NCBI GenBank assembly: GCA_028534125.1
Contig: CM052818.1
Location: forward strand, 994,001-1,058,000
Direction of reading: 5' to 3'
Origin: Lama glama
Taxonomy: Eukaryota
DNA length: 64,000 nt
Below are positions 1 through 18,300 of the stretch, piece by piece (positions within the stretch are counted from its first letter, which is position 1; each line of letters starts with the position of its first letter). Made by a program: the position numbers and the translations under genes. The notes beneath the pieces were generated by a model, which did no database searches, was not told the DNA's origin, and saw nothing but the letters and a program-made list of their open reading frames with translations.

Positions 1-666
1 CAGTCTCCAGCCTCATATTATAAGGCGAACAACAGATGAGAGGTTAAATTGTTTACCTAGCAACTCATATGAATGACAGCACACAGGCCTGGTCCTAAGA
101 ACTCAGCTACATACAGTGGAACAGTGAGAATTTTAAAGGACTATTAATTCCATCTAAATATTTTTTACAAACATGTATTACTTGTGAAATAATTTTGGAT
201 ATACAATCAAAATGTTTTAAAGAGAGGAGAGCCAAGGAGCAAGCACGCATGTGTTTCAATCTCCACTGAAACACGGAGGCTTGATTTTCCTACCTCAGCA
301 TCTTGGGATTTGGCAATGTCCACTAAAGTCTTTGCTGCAGGATGGACAACATCAAGGAGTTTCAAAATTGTGGCTCCATCATTAGAAATTGTTGCTTTGC
401 CTTAAAAGGTACAAACACAAAGTAAAAATGTAAAGACCTTTTCTTAAGTTCTGTCTTCTGGCTGGACCTGGATCCCACACACATTTTGTGGGGATAGGGC
501 CGAGGGGCTCGTGGTGGGGATGAACTGATCTTTTTACAGTTAGCTCTGTGCACAAAGGGTCACCTAAAATCACACATTTCTAAAGACCATGAACTCCTGA
601 TTTTCTCTGAACAGTAAACAGCACACGTCTATTGGATGTACAAAACATTTTAAAAAATAAGAATGA

Positions 667-772
667 GGGGGTGGATACAGCTCAGTGGTAGAGCACATGC
701 TTAGCATACACAAGGTCCTGGGTTCAATACCCAGTACTCCGTGGAAAAAAAAAAAAGAAAAAGAAAAGAAAA
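667..772 (+). mobile_element. Young tRNA-derived SINE (camelid type) in CCT7 intron 2
   Basis: Pol III A-box-like (agctcagtggtag) and B-box-like (ggttcaatacc) motifs, an A-rich tail at ~745-772, and a target-site duplication aagaatga at 659-666 and 773-780. Confidence 0.9.
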
Positions 773-2411
773 AAGAATGAATAACCATTTAGATATTTTT
801 AACAGTTGATACCCTAGTATCTCATTTCTAAGTTAACACACTAAAACATAAGGGGGAATTTTTTTCTTTGTCTCCACAACATGATACAATGGGAGTGACC
901 ACAGGCAATTCCAGAAGATTCTACTTTGTGTTTCTAGGCCAAATCTCTTTACAAGGCAACAGATTTGTAAGCCCAGCTCTTCCCATACATTCCCAGGGCT
1001 CAACATTCAGGACAATGATGAAATGGAACCACTTCATGGTGAGAAATCCTTCAGAGATCTTCAAAGCAGTGGGATTTCTGATGCCAATCTCTGCTAGCCC
1101 CAATACTCAGAGGAGTCTCCTCTTCTGCACTCTGCAGACTTACCTCGGCCATCCACAATGAGCTTGTCCATGCCACGGGGACCCAGAGTGGTTCTTACAG
1201 CCTCGGCAATCACCTGGCAGGCACTGATGTTACTTACAAGCTGGGGGATGCCTTGGGAGCTATCAGTCCCCTCTTTCAACAGGATAACCGGTGTGGGCTA
1301 GACGAAAGAACAATTTACTACTTTTAATAATCATTCATTACATAAGATTCAAGGAGGGAGAGGGAACATGTTCCTGCCTCTCCAGTAACAGAAATATCTG
1401 GAGACCTTTTTAAACCACGTTACCCTGCTGTCCAACCACCACATCCATTCCTTAAACAGCCTCTACCTCCAGAGACACTGCCAAGACCACAACATATCTT
1501 GCAGGTGTGCTAGAAAATGGTTTGAGAAGCACCAATTTGGTCAAAAAGAACAAATCAAATAAATGCATTCTTCCGCGCCCAGCTGAAAAAGCGTAGCCCT
1601 TTCAACTTCTGACCCTAATCCCACGTGTTGAGGAATTAGATCACGGCACAGGAAGAAGCAGGCCATGCTCAGTGTTCACCCTCCAGCAAACATCCATGTA
1701 TCTGCATTAGAGCTTAATCCTAGGGCAATGATGCGAAACATGAGGTGCCAGCAGCTTCAGATGTTGTCCTGGAGATGCCCAGGCAGACAGCTTTACCAGT
1801 GATGTTTAGCCGGAGTGCAGGGAAGTGGCTAGGCAGAGAAACAAAGAGCACCTTTGTCCTGCCTCACAAAATGACAACAAATCTAATTCGTATAGCAATG
1901 TTACCATCTCTCATGCTGGTTCCATAAAGCCTCCCTGTGACTAATCTCCAATCAGATACCCAGAACAAATTTTCCCGTTTTGCACTGGCCTCCAGAACAG
2001 TTACTATCCTTGTAGACGCTTAATCTGCAGAACTGCTTTAGCAATTATGGGAAGACAAGGACATCTGCTTATTCTGAAGGGCCTGCATAGGTATCTTTAC
2101 TCCAGTGACCATTAGCACAGACACTAATTCCTCAGGTTAGCAAACAAGGCTGCTTTCCCTCTGCATCCAAGCCTGTGCCTTCAGAGATGAGCTCATGGAC
2201 CAGACCCAGTCTTCCCAATATTTGTCACTAATTTTATTTGTGTGAAACAGACTACAGTCAAGGTAAATACTGTTTCAAAATTTTTGTTATGTCAGTTATG
2301 TGTGTGCTATTAGGCTATGATCTGAAATTTATTTCTTACTGTGGACTGCAATATAAAGTTTGAAAGTCACTGCCCATGTCCACTCCTAGGGGATACTTCA
2401 GGTGTCTCAGC

Positions 2412-2449
2412 AGGGAAGGCACATAGGAAAGGGAAGGCACATAGGAAAG
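2412..2449. repeat. Perfect 18-bp tandem duplication
   Basis: agggaaggcacataggaa occurs twice in tandem. Confidence 0.85.
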
Positions 2450-2829
2450 CACAGAGCTTTCTCAGTCAAACAAAAGGAGCCAGGAATTCACACATCAGGA
2501 AGTCTAGCAACCCATGAGGCTGAGTCCATATTAACTGGGCAATTCCTTAAAAAAGTTTTACTCCTTTGGCCAGTGTAGCTAGAGGGTAGTATGTAAGCAG
2601 AAGCCTGGATACGGCTGAAGAAGCAGGCAGGAATCAGATCACTACTCACCTGTAGACTGCAGTAAGGAGTTTGGATTTTAATCCTACAAAGGGAAGCCCT
2701 GGAAAGGCTTTTAGCAGAGGAACTGCATAGTCTGATTTACATTTGGAAAAAGAAAAAACTAAACAACTAGCAACTTTTCTAAGGAAAGACCTGTCCTCCA
2801 AAAATGCCCCACTTTCTCCCATTACGTAT

Positions 2830-3047
2830 CAGTTAACTCTTGAACAACACAGGTTTGAACTGTGTGGGTCCACATGTATCTGGATTTTTTTCAGCAGTAA
2901 ATACGACAGTACTACACTATCCAAGGCTGGTTGAATCCGCAGATACAGAAGAACCCTGGGTATGGAGGGTTGACTAAATCGGAAGCAAATTTTTGACTAA
3001 GTGGAGAGTTGGGGCAACTAATCCCCAAATTGTTCAAAGGTCAACTA
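2830..3047. mobile_element. Tigger-family (TcMar) non-autonomous DNA transposon
   Basis: Terminal inverted repeats cagttaactcttgaacaa ... ttgttcaaaggtcaacta, with internal sequence resembling Tigger2-type MITEs. Confidence 0.75.
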
Positions 3048-4899
3048 CACTCGAAAGTCCTTGATACGAGCCATGAAATAAGGAGGCACTCGCTTTTTAT
3101 TTTTGGAAAAGCATTGCAGTATGGTGACACTAAATTCATGAGAATTCTTAAGTACAAAGCAAGAAGGGCTTGGAAGTAGCTGACCACGCTGTCCCCAAGT
3201 TCCCTATGCTTTATAGGCCCTACAGAAATTGTAGGCTGGGTACAGAGATCCTATGGGGAGATAAAGGTAGCAGGGCCGGATTGAGCCAACTCAGGTCAAT
3301 TAGGGATGGGTCCTCTTCTAACAGTTCCCCAGGGGCAGGTACTACCACGGGAAGTCCAGCTTCTAACCCTAAGTTACTTTCCAACCACATTTTTACTCAA
3401 GTAAAAGGAAATGATAGCAGAATCCTATAATCTGCCAAGGGTATCACGGAAAACTTGGTAATTTCAGCTTAATGATCTTATTCACCCTCCTTAAAAACTT
3501 TTATTAAGCATTATTACGCTTGATGTTCTATAAACCAACAAGTGTTCATGTGCCAAGGCATATATGGTCTAATCCTTAGTGCCCAACACCACAAAAGCAA
3601 GGACATGTATTCTGTACGTACCAAAGTCACAGGACTAAGGTTTCTGGGGGACCCTTTTACCTCTCTTCCAATCACAGAAGGCTTCTAAAATACTATGTAC
3701 CAATTCGATGACAGCAAGGAGAATTCTTGGTGACTGAAGTCTCACGTTCCAAAAGGAGAGATATAAACAGGCAATACAGCAGGGAAACAGATCAGGGATC
3801 AGTTCAGGAAAAACCCAAGGTGGTGGTCTGGAGCCTCTTGGTGAAGGGTTTTATCATCAGTCAGAAGACTCTTGGTTCTGATCCCCAGTTCTTAAGAGGC
3901 CAACCAAAACTCTTACGGTAAGTCTTGCCAGGAAGATGTATTACAGGGAGGAAAAGAAGCAAGCCGACTAGCTAACATGCTGAGTACTTACAACATGCTG
4001 GGCACTTATGTATTCATTTAATACCTTCTAACAGACTGAGGGCCAGAAATGCAATAACATGCTCGCAGTCACACACCTAGTACGTGGCAGAGCTAGTTAC
4101 AAACCTAGGCATCCAGTGCGGCTCCAGAGCCTACTCTGGACTGTTCTACTTTGCCGCCTCTGCACAGAAGTTGAAGACAACTTGAGGAACAGGCAATGTT
4201 GAAGATGGCCTGAAAAAGGCAGTACTGGAGGTACGAAAGGGAGAGTGTACAGCTTAATGCCCGGTTCCTTCTATCTTGGGTACAAATGGGGTTCACAAGG
4301 CATTTGGTAGCAGAATGAACACCTCATAGGTGTCAGTTTGACATCTCCTAGGACAGGGAGAAGCTGAGGAAGCAGGAACATAGAGAACTGAGTTGGCCTG
4401 ACAGGCTAAAATGAATGAATAATCTGCCAAGTGCACAGGGAGCAATGTCTTAGTCAGGGTTTTGCCTCAAACACTCAGAAGCTGGCTATGTTCAACAGCA
4501 ACTCCGGAGACACCACAGAGATCTGGGGCCCACGGAAGGCATCTGCAGCTCTGAGACAGAGAAACGGATGCCCTGGAAGAGGGTGGGGCGGGCTGGGTGG
4601 GAGAGGGCTACAGAGAAACTCCAGTATTCACCAACCTCCCTAATTTAACAAAAGGAGAACCAGAGTTAGCTGGTCAACTAGAAAAGCCAGCTAGCTGGTC
4701 AGCTAGAAAAGTCACATCTGGAGGGGCAGACACGGTCGGAGTCGGAGGCCGCGTCTTCCCACCTCTGATGCAGTGTCCCCAACTACCTGACCCATTCTCC
4801 TGGCTAAGAAGTTACACCTCCGTAAAACCAGCCGGGCCTGGTACATTCAGCAGGCACTAAACATGCGTTTACTTAAGGAATGAACCTGTAAATGAATGG

Positions 4900-10229
<5,330 letters not shown>

Positions 10230-10605
10230 AAGAGTTGGTCCCACATTCCAACCATTAACAACTCTGGGCTGGGAAGGGGAAATCCAGGAATCCTGCTATT
10301 GGGGATTTGTGGGTAGCATCTGGGGACAGGTGGAGCCAGGTCGAGGAAAAGAATGTGGGCTTTGGCTAAGCTAAGGGAAGCCACATCACTGGCCTTCCCC
10401 AGGCTCCCATAACGTCTCATGCTATGGGAAGAGGCAAGAGCCAGGCCCCAGGGCTTGTGGGCTAGGGTTTTAACAAAAGGGGCCAACAGCAGGTGGTCTG
10501 AGAGCCATCTGAGATCTGTCACATCCCACCTGGCTCCAGCCTCCCCACCCAGGGTCTTTCATAGCAGTTGCTGGAATGGTATAAGGAGCTGGTGTTTGAG
10601 GACTT

Positions 10606-10636
10606 AATAAACCCTCACTGACTTTTTAGCAATAAA
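10606..10636 (+). terminator. PRADC1 polyadenylation signals
   Basis: AATAAA at 10606-10611 and 10631-10636, about 400 nt after the stop codon. Confidence 0.75.
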
Positions 10637-11125
10637 ACCTCTCATCAGGGTTGCAGCTGTGTCCTAGAGTAAGCGCACACGAGGATGGAGAGGCCTCCAA
10701 ACACTCATCTGGTCCCATGTTCTTGTTTTAAGGGGAGGAAACAGGCCCAGAGAGGATATATGACTTGCCCAAGGTCCTTTAGGACCAGTGCTCATACTGC
10801 TAATCTTGGATCCCAGCAGCCTCCTGTTCAAGAACACAGGAAGCTGTAGTTCAGTCCCTGAGGAAAAGACTCATCTTGTAGCCTGGTACTGGGGATCCAC
10901 GTTGCACCTCAGAAGACCCCTGCTCCTAGACTTCAGATACATTTGCACAGCAGGACATAGATGAGACCAGAGATGAACCCAAACTGCAGAGCTGGAGCTC
11001 CCATGTCCCTCACCTGCTCTACCCTGTGCACCTTTGTGCCACCCATGTGATGGCTGCGTGCCCAGGGCAGCTCGTCAAGCCATTCTCCACAAAGCACTCC
11101 TGCAGAGGCCTGTCACCTCTCGTGT

Positions 11126-11131
11126 TTTATT
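11126..11131 (-). terminator. SMYD5 polyadenylation signal
   Basis: AATAAA on the - strand (tttatt) about 1.2 kb after the SMYD5 stop. It converges on the PRADC1 3' end ~500 bp away. Confidence 0.7.
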
Positions 11132-12362
11132 GAAAACAGTGGGCAGGTGGGGTGGGAGAGGGTTTTGGCTGCTGTGAAGGAGTAAGAACCCAATAGGCCA
11201 GACAGGCAGATTCTACCTGGCTCATGACCCAGGAAAGGGCCTGTGGGGTGGCACCTGCTCTCTGCGGGATCCTTCAGCAGGGGCATGTGGCAGGCCCCTC
11301 AAGGAAGGCAGGTAGAAAGGAATTGCAAGTGATGGGTTATAACTTCCACAGCTTCCGACCCAAGAGTGAGGGGTAGTGCTAATCTGGGGATGACGAGGCC
11401 AGTCACGGCTAATCTGAGTATCTAGCCCAGCTCTTCTAGGTTTCTGGAAGACTTCAGTGTTCCTCTGTGGAGACCCTAAAGATGGAGACTGAGGCCAGGG
11501 GAGGCCCTCACTGACTCTTTCTAGAAGATTCTGGAACATCCTAAATTAAGGAACACAGGCCTTTCATCCTCCAGGTCTCAGCCATCCTGCTAGGGTCCTC
11601 AATGGGAAGAGGGCGTGAAGGGGTGATGATCCCCCACACCCCCCGCCCAGGGGAGGCAGAGGCCTCTTCCATACCCATCCCATGGGGCTGGCCACTGTGC
11701 CAGGGCCCAGGAGGCAAGGCACAGAGGTTCCAGGGTCTGGGGAGGGGGCTAATCTCCACTCCCCCTGCTGTCTCAATGGCAGGAGTGGGGAGGTGGGAGA
11801 GGTGGGTAATCGCCCCGGTTCAGTGTTGCCCTGTAGAGGGCCTTGGGGAAAGCGCTCTGGAGGCCCAGCTCCTCCTCCCCGCCTCTCCCAGCTGTGCTAG
11901 TGGTCAGGCCACAATAATGGGAGGTGGGGAAGAGGTGAGGGCATCTCACCCGCTTTCTTCTTCACTGAAATCAGGCTGTTCTCAGGTTACCACTTTGCTA
12001 CCCTCTCCATAGCAAGTTGAGAGGGGTGGATGGGTAAGTGTGGCCATGGGGCCAAGGGGAAGAAAGACTGTTAGGCCCTGACCTTCGTTCCAGCCAAGTA
12101 TACCCGTACCTCAGGAGGAGGCCAGTTCTGAGAGGCTTAGTGACAGCACAGCCAGAGCCCCTCAGCAGCAGTGTCCAGGGCGTGAGGTCCGGCGGGGCGT
12201 GGAGGGCCTAGGGTCCTGCCTGTCCTACCCTCTGGCAGAAACAGAGCTGGAATGGGGGGAAAGCAGGCAACGGGAGTGGGGAGTTCCTTCCAAGCCTCTG
12301 CTCTGGGGGAAGGCCCCCCTTTCCGACGGTCTTGGGTAGGACCCCTTCCAGGAAGGGCCACA

Positions 12363-15300
12363 TCATACGTCAGTCATCTCATCCCCCAGCTCCGCATCTT
12401 CCGGCTCTCCTTCCTCCTCCTCTTCGTCCTCCTCCTCCTCAGATGTCACGTTGGGTTCATCAGCCTCTGCCAGGCATTTGGGGCAGGAACAGACAAACAG
12501 ATAGTTCTCCCTGCAGGGTGGGGGGTGGTGGTGAGGGTGCAAAACCAGGCAGCCAGCGGGACAGGGGAGCCCGGAGCCCAGCCACCCACCATGTCCCCAG
12601 CTGGCACCTGAGGATCTTGTGGCGGCTGTGGCGGCTGCGCTCCCGCTGACAGCAGTCTAGGTAACTGATGCAGATTTCCTGAAGGGCAGGAGAGAGGCGG
12701 GCTCTGGGCCTGTGCTTTCTGCCAGGTGGCATTAGGCCTGCCTAGCCACTGCCCCGCCTCCAGGCTGCTGCCCCATCCCCAGGAGCCTGAGCTGCCCTAC
12801 AGCCAAGGGGTAGGCTGCTCGGATCCACTCCCCTGTGCTAGCGGCTTTAACAACCTGTGTCTGAGGCGGGGGATTGTGGTTAGCCTCAGGCCACGGTTAA
12901 AGGCAGCACACAGCCAAGGTCTGTGGCCTCTGGGACAGAGGTCATCTTGGAGTGAAGTTACCTGCCCTGAAAGAAGTTTCAACCAGGCTCTGTGCACTGT
13001 GCTAACAGCCAGAACCCCAAGCCCTCACCAACATCCCACAGGCCAAGCCACAAAGGGCCATGTCCTGCTTCCTTAGAAGCTGCAGATAGACAGCTCGGGA
13101 CAAGAACACAGGCACCAGCTGTCTCTTAAACACTACTCAGAGGCTTTCTGGAGTTTTTTGAAGTGGGGTGGGTTAGAGCATGCCCATGGGCAAGACTCCT
13201 GTCCTGGGGCATGTGAAGACTCAACCCAGCAGCCTGGCGTGGGCTGGGCTGCTCCCAGTTCCTGGAGAGAACTTGAAAGGCCTGCTGCCCACCCGCCCCC
13301 ACAGCTACTGGCCCCCTCACCTCTCCTGGCTTAATATCCTCCAGGGCGGTGACATGCAAAAGGAAGTTGTTTTCTGGGAAGGAGGTCTCTGCATTGGGGA
13401 CACAGCTGTGGTTGCCTGGGTCATGAGAGGCAGGTAATGAGGATTGTTGACTAATAAAAAGAACAGCCTCAACCGTGCAAAGCACTGGGTCCCATCTTTC
13501 CTTGTTCTCTGGTCCCTGCCAGGGCTGGGCAGGTCCTGGAACCCAGGTTTCCTGACTCCACTGCCTGGCCAGTGCTCTTTCCTGAAGACCACAGAGCACA
13601 GGCCCAAATGCACTCCCGCATCACTCCCCTCCCCTACCTGCCATGACCGCCCCTGTTCCTCTCCTCACTGGTCAGTTCCATTCTCAGCTGTGTTCCCAGT
13701 GTCTCGCAAAGGGATGGACAGGGCTGTGAAAGGGATGCCGTGCCAGGCCACTTAACTCAGCCCTGTCTGTTACTGGACACCTGGTGACAGCTGAGCCAGA
13801 CCCTCTGAGAGCCTAGTTTGGGACGGGTAGTGTCCCCAGAGCTTGGGAGGAAGGGTTTGCAGTGAGGAAAGCAGACGGTGGGAGGCTGATCTGGAAAAGA
13901 CAACAGTCTGAGCTGGCTCTGGCCCTCCCCATCAGGTGCTGATGAGACTGCCTTCCAGCCTGAGCGCCTCCTGGGCTCTCAGACACTCCCTGACCAAAGC
14001 TCACAGGGCGTGGTGGTGCAAAGCCCATGGTTCCCTTTGCAAGAATCAGAGCTCTGTCCCCTGCCCGAGCCCCGGGCCTAGCCCACCGGAAGGTCTTATA
14101 CATAAACGTATATTAAGGTACGAGCAGTCCAATGTATGAATGAATGAAAAAAATGATAGAAGGAGAAGATGGAGGGGAAATCCCCAAGGAAGCTCAGCCC
14201 TAACCCCACTCCCGGACTCAACTCGACCAGCCCAGAAGGAGCCGAGAGAGATGAATGCGGCTTGAAGCTACCCCTTCTCAACGCCGGGACTCACAGCAGC
14301 TCTGAAGCACAAAGAGGCCAGATCCTTCGCAGTTAAGAAACTCGCCAGTTGCTGTAAGACAGTAACACGCAGAGTTACTGCTTCCATTTTATAGGCGGGA
14401 AAAGGAAAGTAGGCTTATAAGGACAGGCACTGGCTCCACCGTCTTGCCACCCAGTCACTACCATTTTGCCTGAACCTGCTTCTCTGAGGCACAAGCCTTG
14501 CTCTTCTATAAACGATACCGGCACTCTGTCCACCCTCAGCATCCAGCCTCTGCATGGGTCTCAGGGCCGTCTCTCATGTGTGTCCTGTGGGCCGATCTGA
14601 AGCTTCCCACAGGCACACAGGGACTGCCTCCCCCAACCGTGAACTCAGAGCTCCCTGGCGGAAGGCTGTGTCCACCATCTGACTGATGGGCATCTCCAAG
14701 GTTGGGTGAGGCCAAGGCTCCATCTCACCAACCTGCCTCGATGTCCTTGTACAGCTGGTCAATGAAGGCGTCCAGCTGCTCACGGTCCTGCGGCTTCAGC
14801 TCCAAAGCGTCACAGGCATGGACCCACTGGCTCAGGGAGCTGGGGAGTCCCAGGCAGCCGTGGTTGGAGAAGAGGCCCAGCTCACAGGGCTCTCCACCTC
14901 CAAGCAAGTTAAGTCCATTTCTTTCTCCGGGAGTAGAGTTGGGTAGGGGGTGGTGTCCTTTCCCAATAGACCAAGTGTTCCCAAGACCCAGTCTCTCCAG
15001 CCCCCACCACTGTGTTTAGTCCAGCATTCTGGCCAGAGTCACACCCTGCCCCACCCTAGTTTCGAAAGGAGCTGTGGCTACTTTCCTCAATCTCCTACCC
15101 GAGCCCCGAGGGACAAGTCTGATAGCTCTGGAACATTCTCTCCTAACCTGGTCCCAATTCCTTGGCCATTGGTCCCAACAAGAGCAAAGAGAGACCGGAA
15201 TCCATCGGGAGTGAACCACTGTGGGGGGAAAGAACAACACTCAGGTTACAGCCACTTGCTTTCTTCTTCCTGGTACAACTCTCTGTTGAGGAACTTTTCC

Positions 15301-18300
15301 ATAAGTCAGTCCCATCCCAACTCCAGAAGACCAGGTCTGCTCTGGCTTAGCTGTCCTAGAAGGGGACAGTTGCTTCTGGAGAGCAGGAGTCACTGGGAGG
15401 CCACTGGTCCCACCTTCCCCAGCTCACCTGGCTGAGTGCTTCCTCATAAAGCGCCTCTGTGAAGAGTCTCCGCAGGAGCTCCAGCTGGCCCTGGTTTAGG
15501 GGAAGTGGAGAGAGACTGACATCCTGGGAACTTCCCATTAGCACCCAGGCAGGGCCCAGGAGATCATGTGAGGGAAGCAAAAGGGCCAGCTCTGTAGCCC
15601 GAGCTTTCCCTGGGGGCAAAAGAGAGCCCAGAGTCCTTATCTCCAAAGAGCCTTGGCAGTCTGCTGGCCTGTTCCAACCCAAGGTAGCAAACCCCAAATG
15701 CCTCCCTATTTTCCATCATTTGTGGCAGCAGGGCTGAGGCAGCCTGGCTTAGAATGTCTGTCCTCACCACCACCCTCCAGGCTCCCTGACCTGCGTCCAG
15801 AGTAGCTTGATCTTCCCCCTCTTTTCCCCAAAATTTAGTGCAGGGAGGCCCACCCCACATGCCCTTTCACATGCCTGCCTCCTCCTTCAGGCAGCTCCTC
15901 CTAGTGTCGTCAGTGAGACTGAGTAGCTGGTCCGGAGTGGGCACTCAGTACACTGGCAACTAAAATTTTGTTTCATACTGTGCCCTGACCCTGTGGGCCC
16001 CCAACCCTCCATTTTCCGCTAACCCGATTTACCCACTGCTATCCTAGCACGAGGTCCTGACTAATCCACACCAGGGCACCCATCCCCTCCTTCCTCTGTC
16101 ATCACCCTACTTCCCAATTTTAAGACCACATTAGGTCATGAAGTTAAATGGCAGCAAGAATACAAGTTCTCTGAATAGATTTTCAGACCCAGGCTCTAAC
16201 CTCTTTCTGTGGCTGGGAAGGGAGCAAATGCGGAGCTTCCCTCAGGGAGCCATGGACATCCCAAGCTATTGGCGGGTGGGAGGGTCATGGGGGAAGACCA
16301 ACCTTGAATTTGTCCCCCAGGAGTTTATGGACAATTTCCTCCTCCTCGTTGGCCGTTTTATTACAGAACTGGGAGAAGAGCCTGATCCAGCGATCCTTAT
16401 CCTTAGCCTGCAGTGAACAAACACACTTCAGGGTCACGTGTGCACAGCCCACACATGCATGTGCACACATGGACTCACGGACACCCTCCTCCTCACTGCC
16501 ACTCCTGCCCATGTGGGAGGGGTAGACCGTGATTCTAAAGCCCCTGCCCTCAGAGAAACATCATCACACATGAGCTTCTAGGTAGACCCTTCCCTCCCAC
16601 CCTGCCCACACCCAACCATTTCCCCAGCTGGTGCCCAGCTAGCCAATTCAAATTCAACAATACTCGGGGAAATAGAAGAATAAGCAGCAATATTAATGGA
16701 AGGGGTTAGAGTGGCCACTCTCACTTTATCTAAGAGATACAATCCTGGAAAAGTGGTGCTTATAAATCAAATGCATGAATTGCTGCTACACCGGAAGTCA
16801 TCTCACAGATCAAAGACGACAGGAAAGATGAGCCCCCACTCTCCCTGCCAGATTTCTGGTTCGCTACACCTCAGGTTTACATAGCAAGCAGCTCTCCTTT
16901 GGGAAGCCTAGAAGAAACTCCGCATCCAAGTCAGGGTCTTAAGGTGAGAAGGAAACTGAAGTCAAGGGTTGAATGAGGCCAGAGTCAGCATCCCTGAGAA
17001 GATCAGGTGGGCTCACCTGTTTCACCGTGGCCACCATCCGGGCCATCAACATGATGCTTGCAGTCTCAGGGGGGTAGTGAACACTCCTGGGGAGAAAGAA
17101 AAAGGTGTGGCCTAGAAATTCCCTCCCCAGTAGCTGAGTTCAAGGAAGCCTGGTCTGATTTCTATTGAGAATCCTTCCTACCAATCCCATTTATAACCAA
17201 AAAGGGCAAGTCATCGTCAAGAACTTGGGCAGGATTTTATACCTCTATGGGCTTCATGGGGCTCTTTCTGGGAGGGTGTAAAATGGTGGGACTGGCAGCT
17301 CAGATTAAAGAGAAAGGGTTGACTGATACGACCTCTGTTTAACCCTAAAAATAGAGGAAAAATCTGGGCGATGGTAACTTAACAAAGATGGCTCCATCTG
17401 CTGAGCATGGGGAAGGCATAAAGGAAAGAGATGAAATGCTACCTACCTCCATGCCTCCTGCAGCTTATTGAGGGGATGCAGGGGGTCATCCTGCGAGGGG
17501 CCTGGGCACAGGACCTGATGGTACTGCTCAGCAGCGGCCAGCTGACATTCTGCACTGCAGTACATCACCTGTCGGGGGAGGCGGAGGTCAGCGCCCTAGG
17601 GTCTGGCTGTGGGGTGAGGCACAGACACCCATGTGGTACTCACCTCCTCTAAGTGCACTCCTTCCACGAACAGCCCCTGGGCAGTAGTGAGTGGTATTAC
17701 GAGATGAGAAAGCACACGGTGCTCTGGGGACATGTGAGAGGGGAACCTAACCCAGGCTTGTAAAGCCGTGGGAAGGAAAGACTACCTCTCAGGTACAGGG
17801 AAGAGCCCTGCCAGGCTCCGAGAATGAGGACAAGCTCCCGCCAAGCCTATTTTCCAGACTGGAACAGAAAGGACGAAACTGAGGAGTAACTGAGCCTTCT
17901 CAACATCTTACCCTACCTTGGGGCTCTCAAGGGCCATGACCAGGTCTGTCCTCACTCCTGTCTCCCTGAAGAGGACTTCAGCTCCACCCCCAGGGACACT
18001 CACCTGGCAGTGGGGACAGTTCTGGTGGAGGTCCTTGCGCACAGAGCACAGCTCGGGGTGAGGCAGAACCTGGCCTGGTTTCCCGGTCAGCCTCTGGGCG
18101 TTCTCCTCTGCCTTCTCCAGTGCCCGAAGGCAGTGGTCACAGGCTGGGAGAGAAAGCCAGAAGTGACAACGTAAGGGTCGTGAGAGCGGGGGTCACATTT
18201 GTCCTTTTCACAGCAGCATCCCCAGGGCTACAATAGCACATAGTAGGCGTTCGATAAAAGTTTGGGAAGTGAGTGAATGAATGACTAAGTTAAAGAATGA

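Noticed and set aside
667..745. tRNA-like sequence
   Set aside because: It has a poly(A) tail and a target-site duplication, so it is a SINE rather than a tRNA gene.
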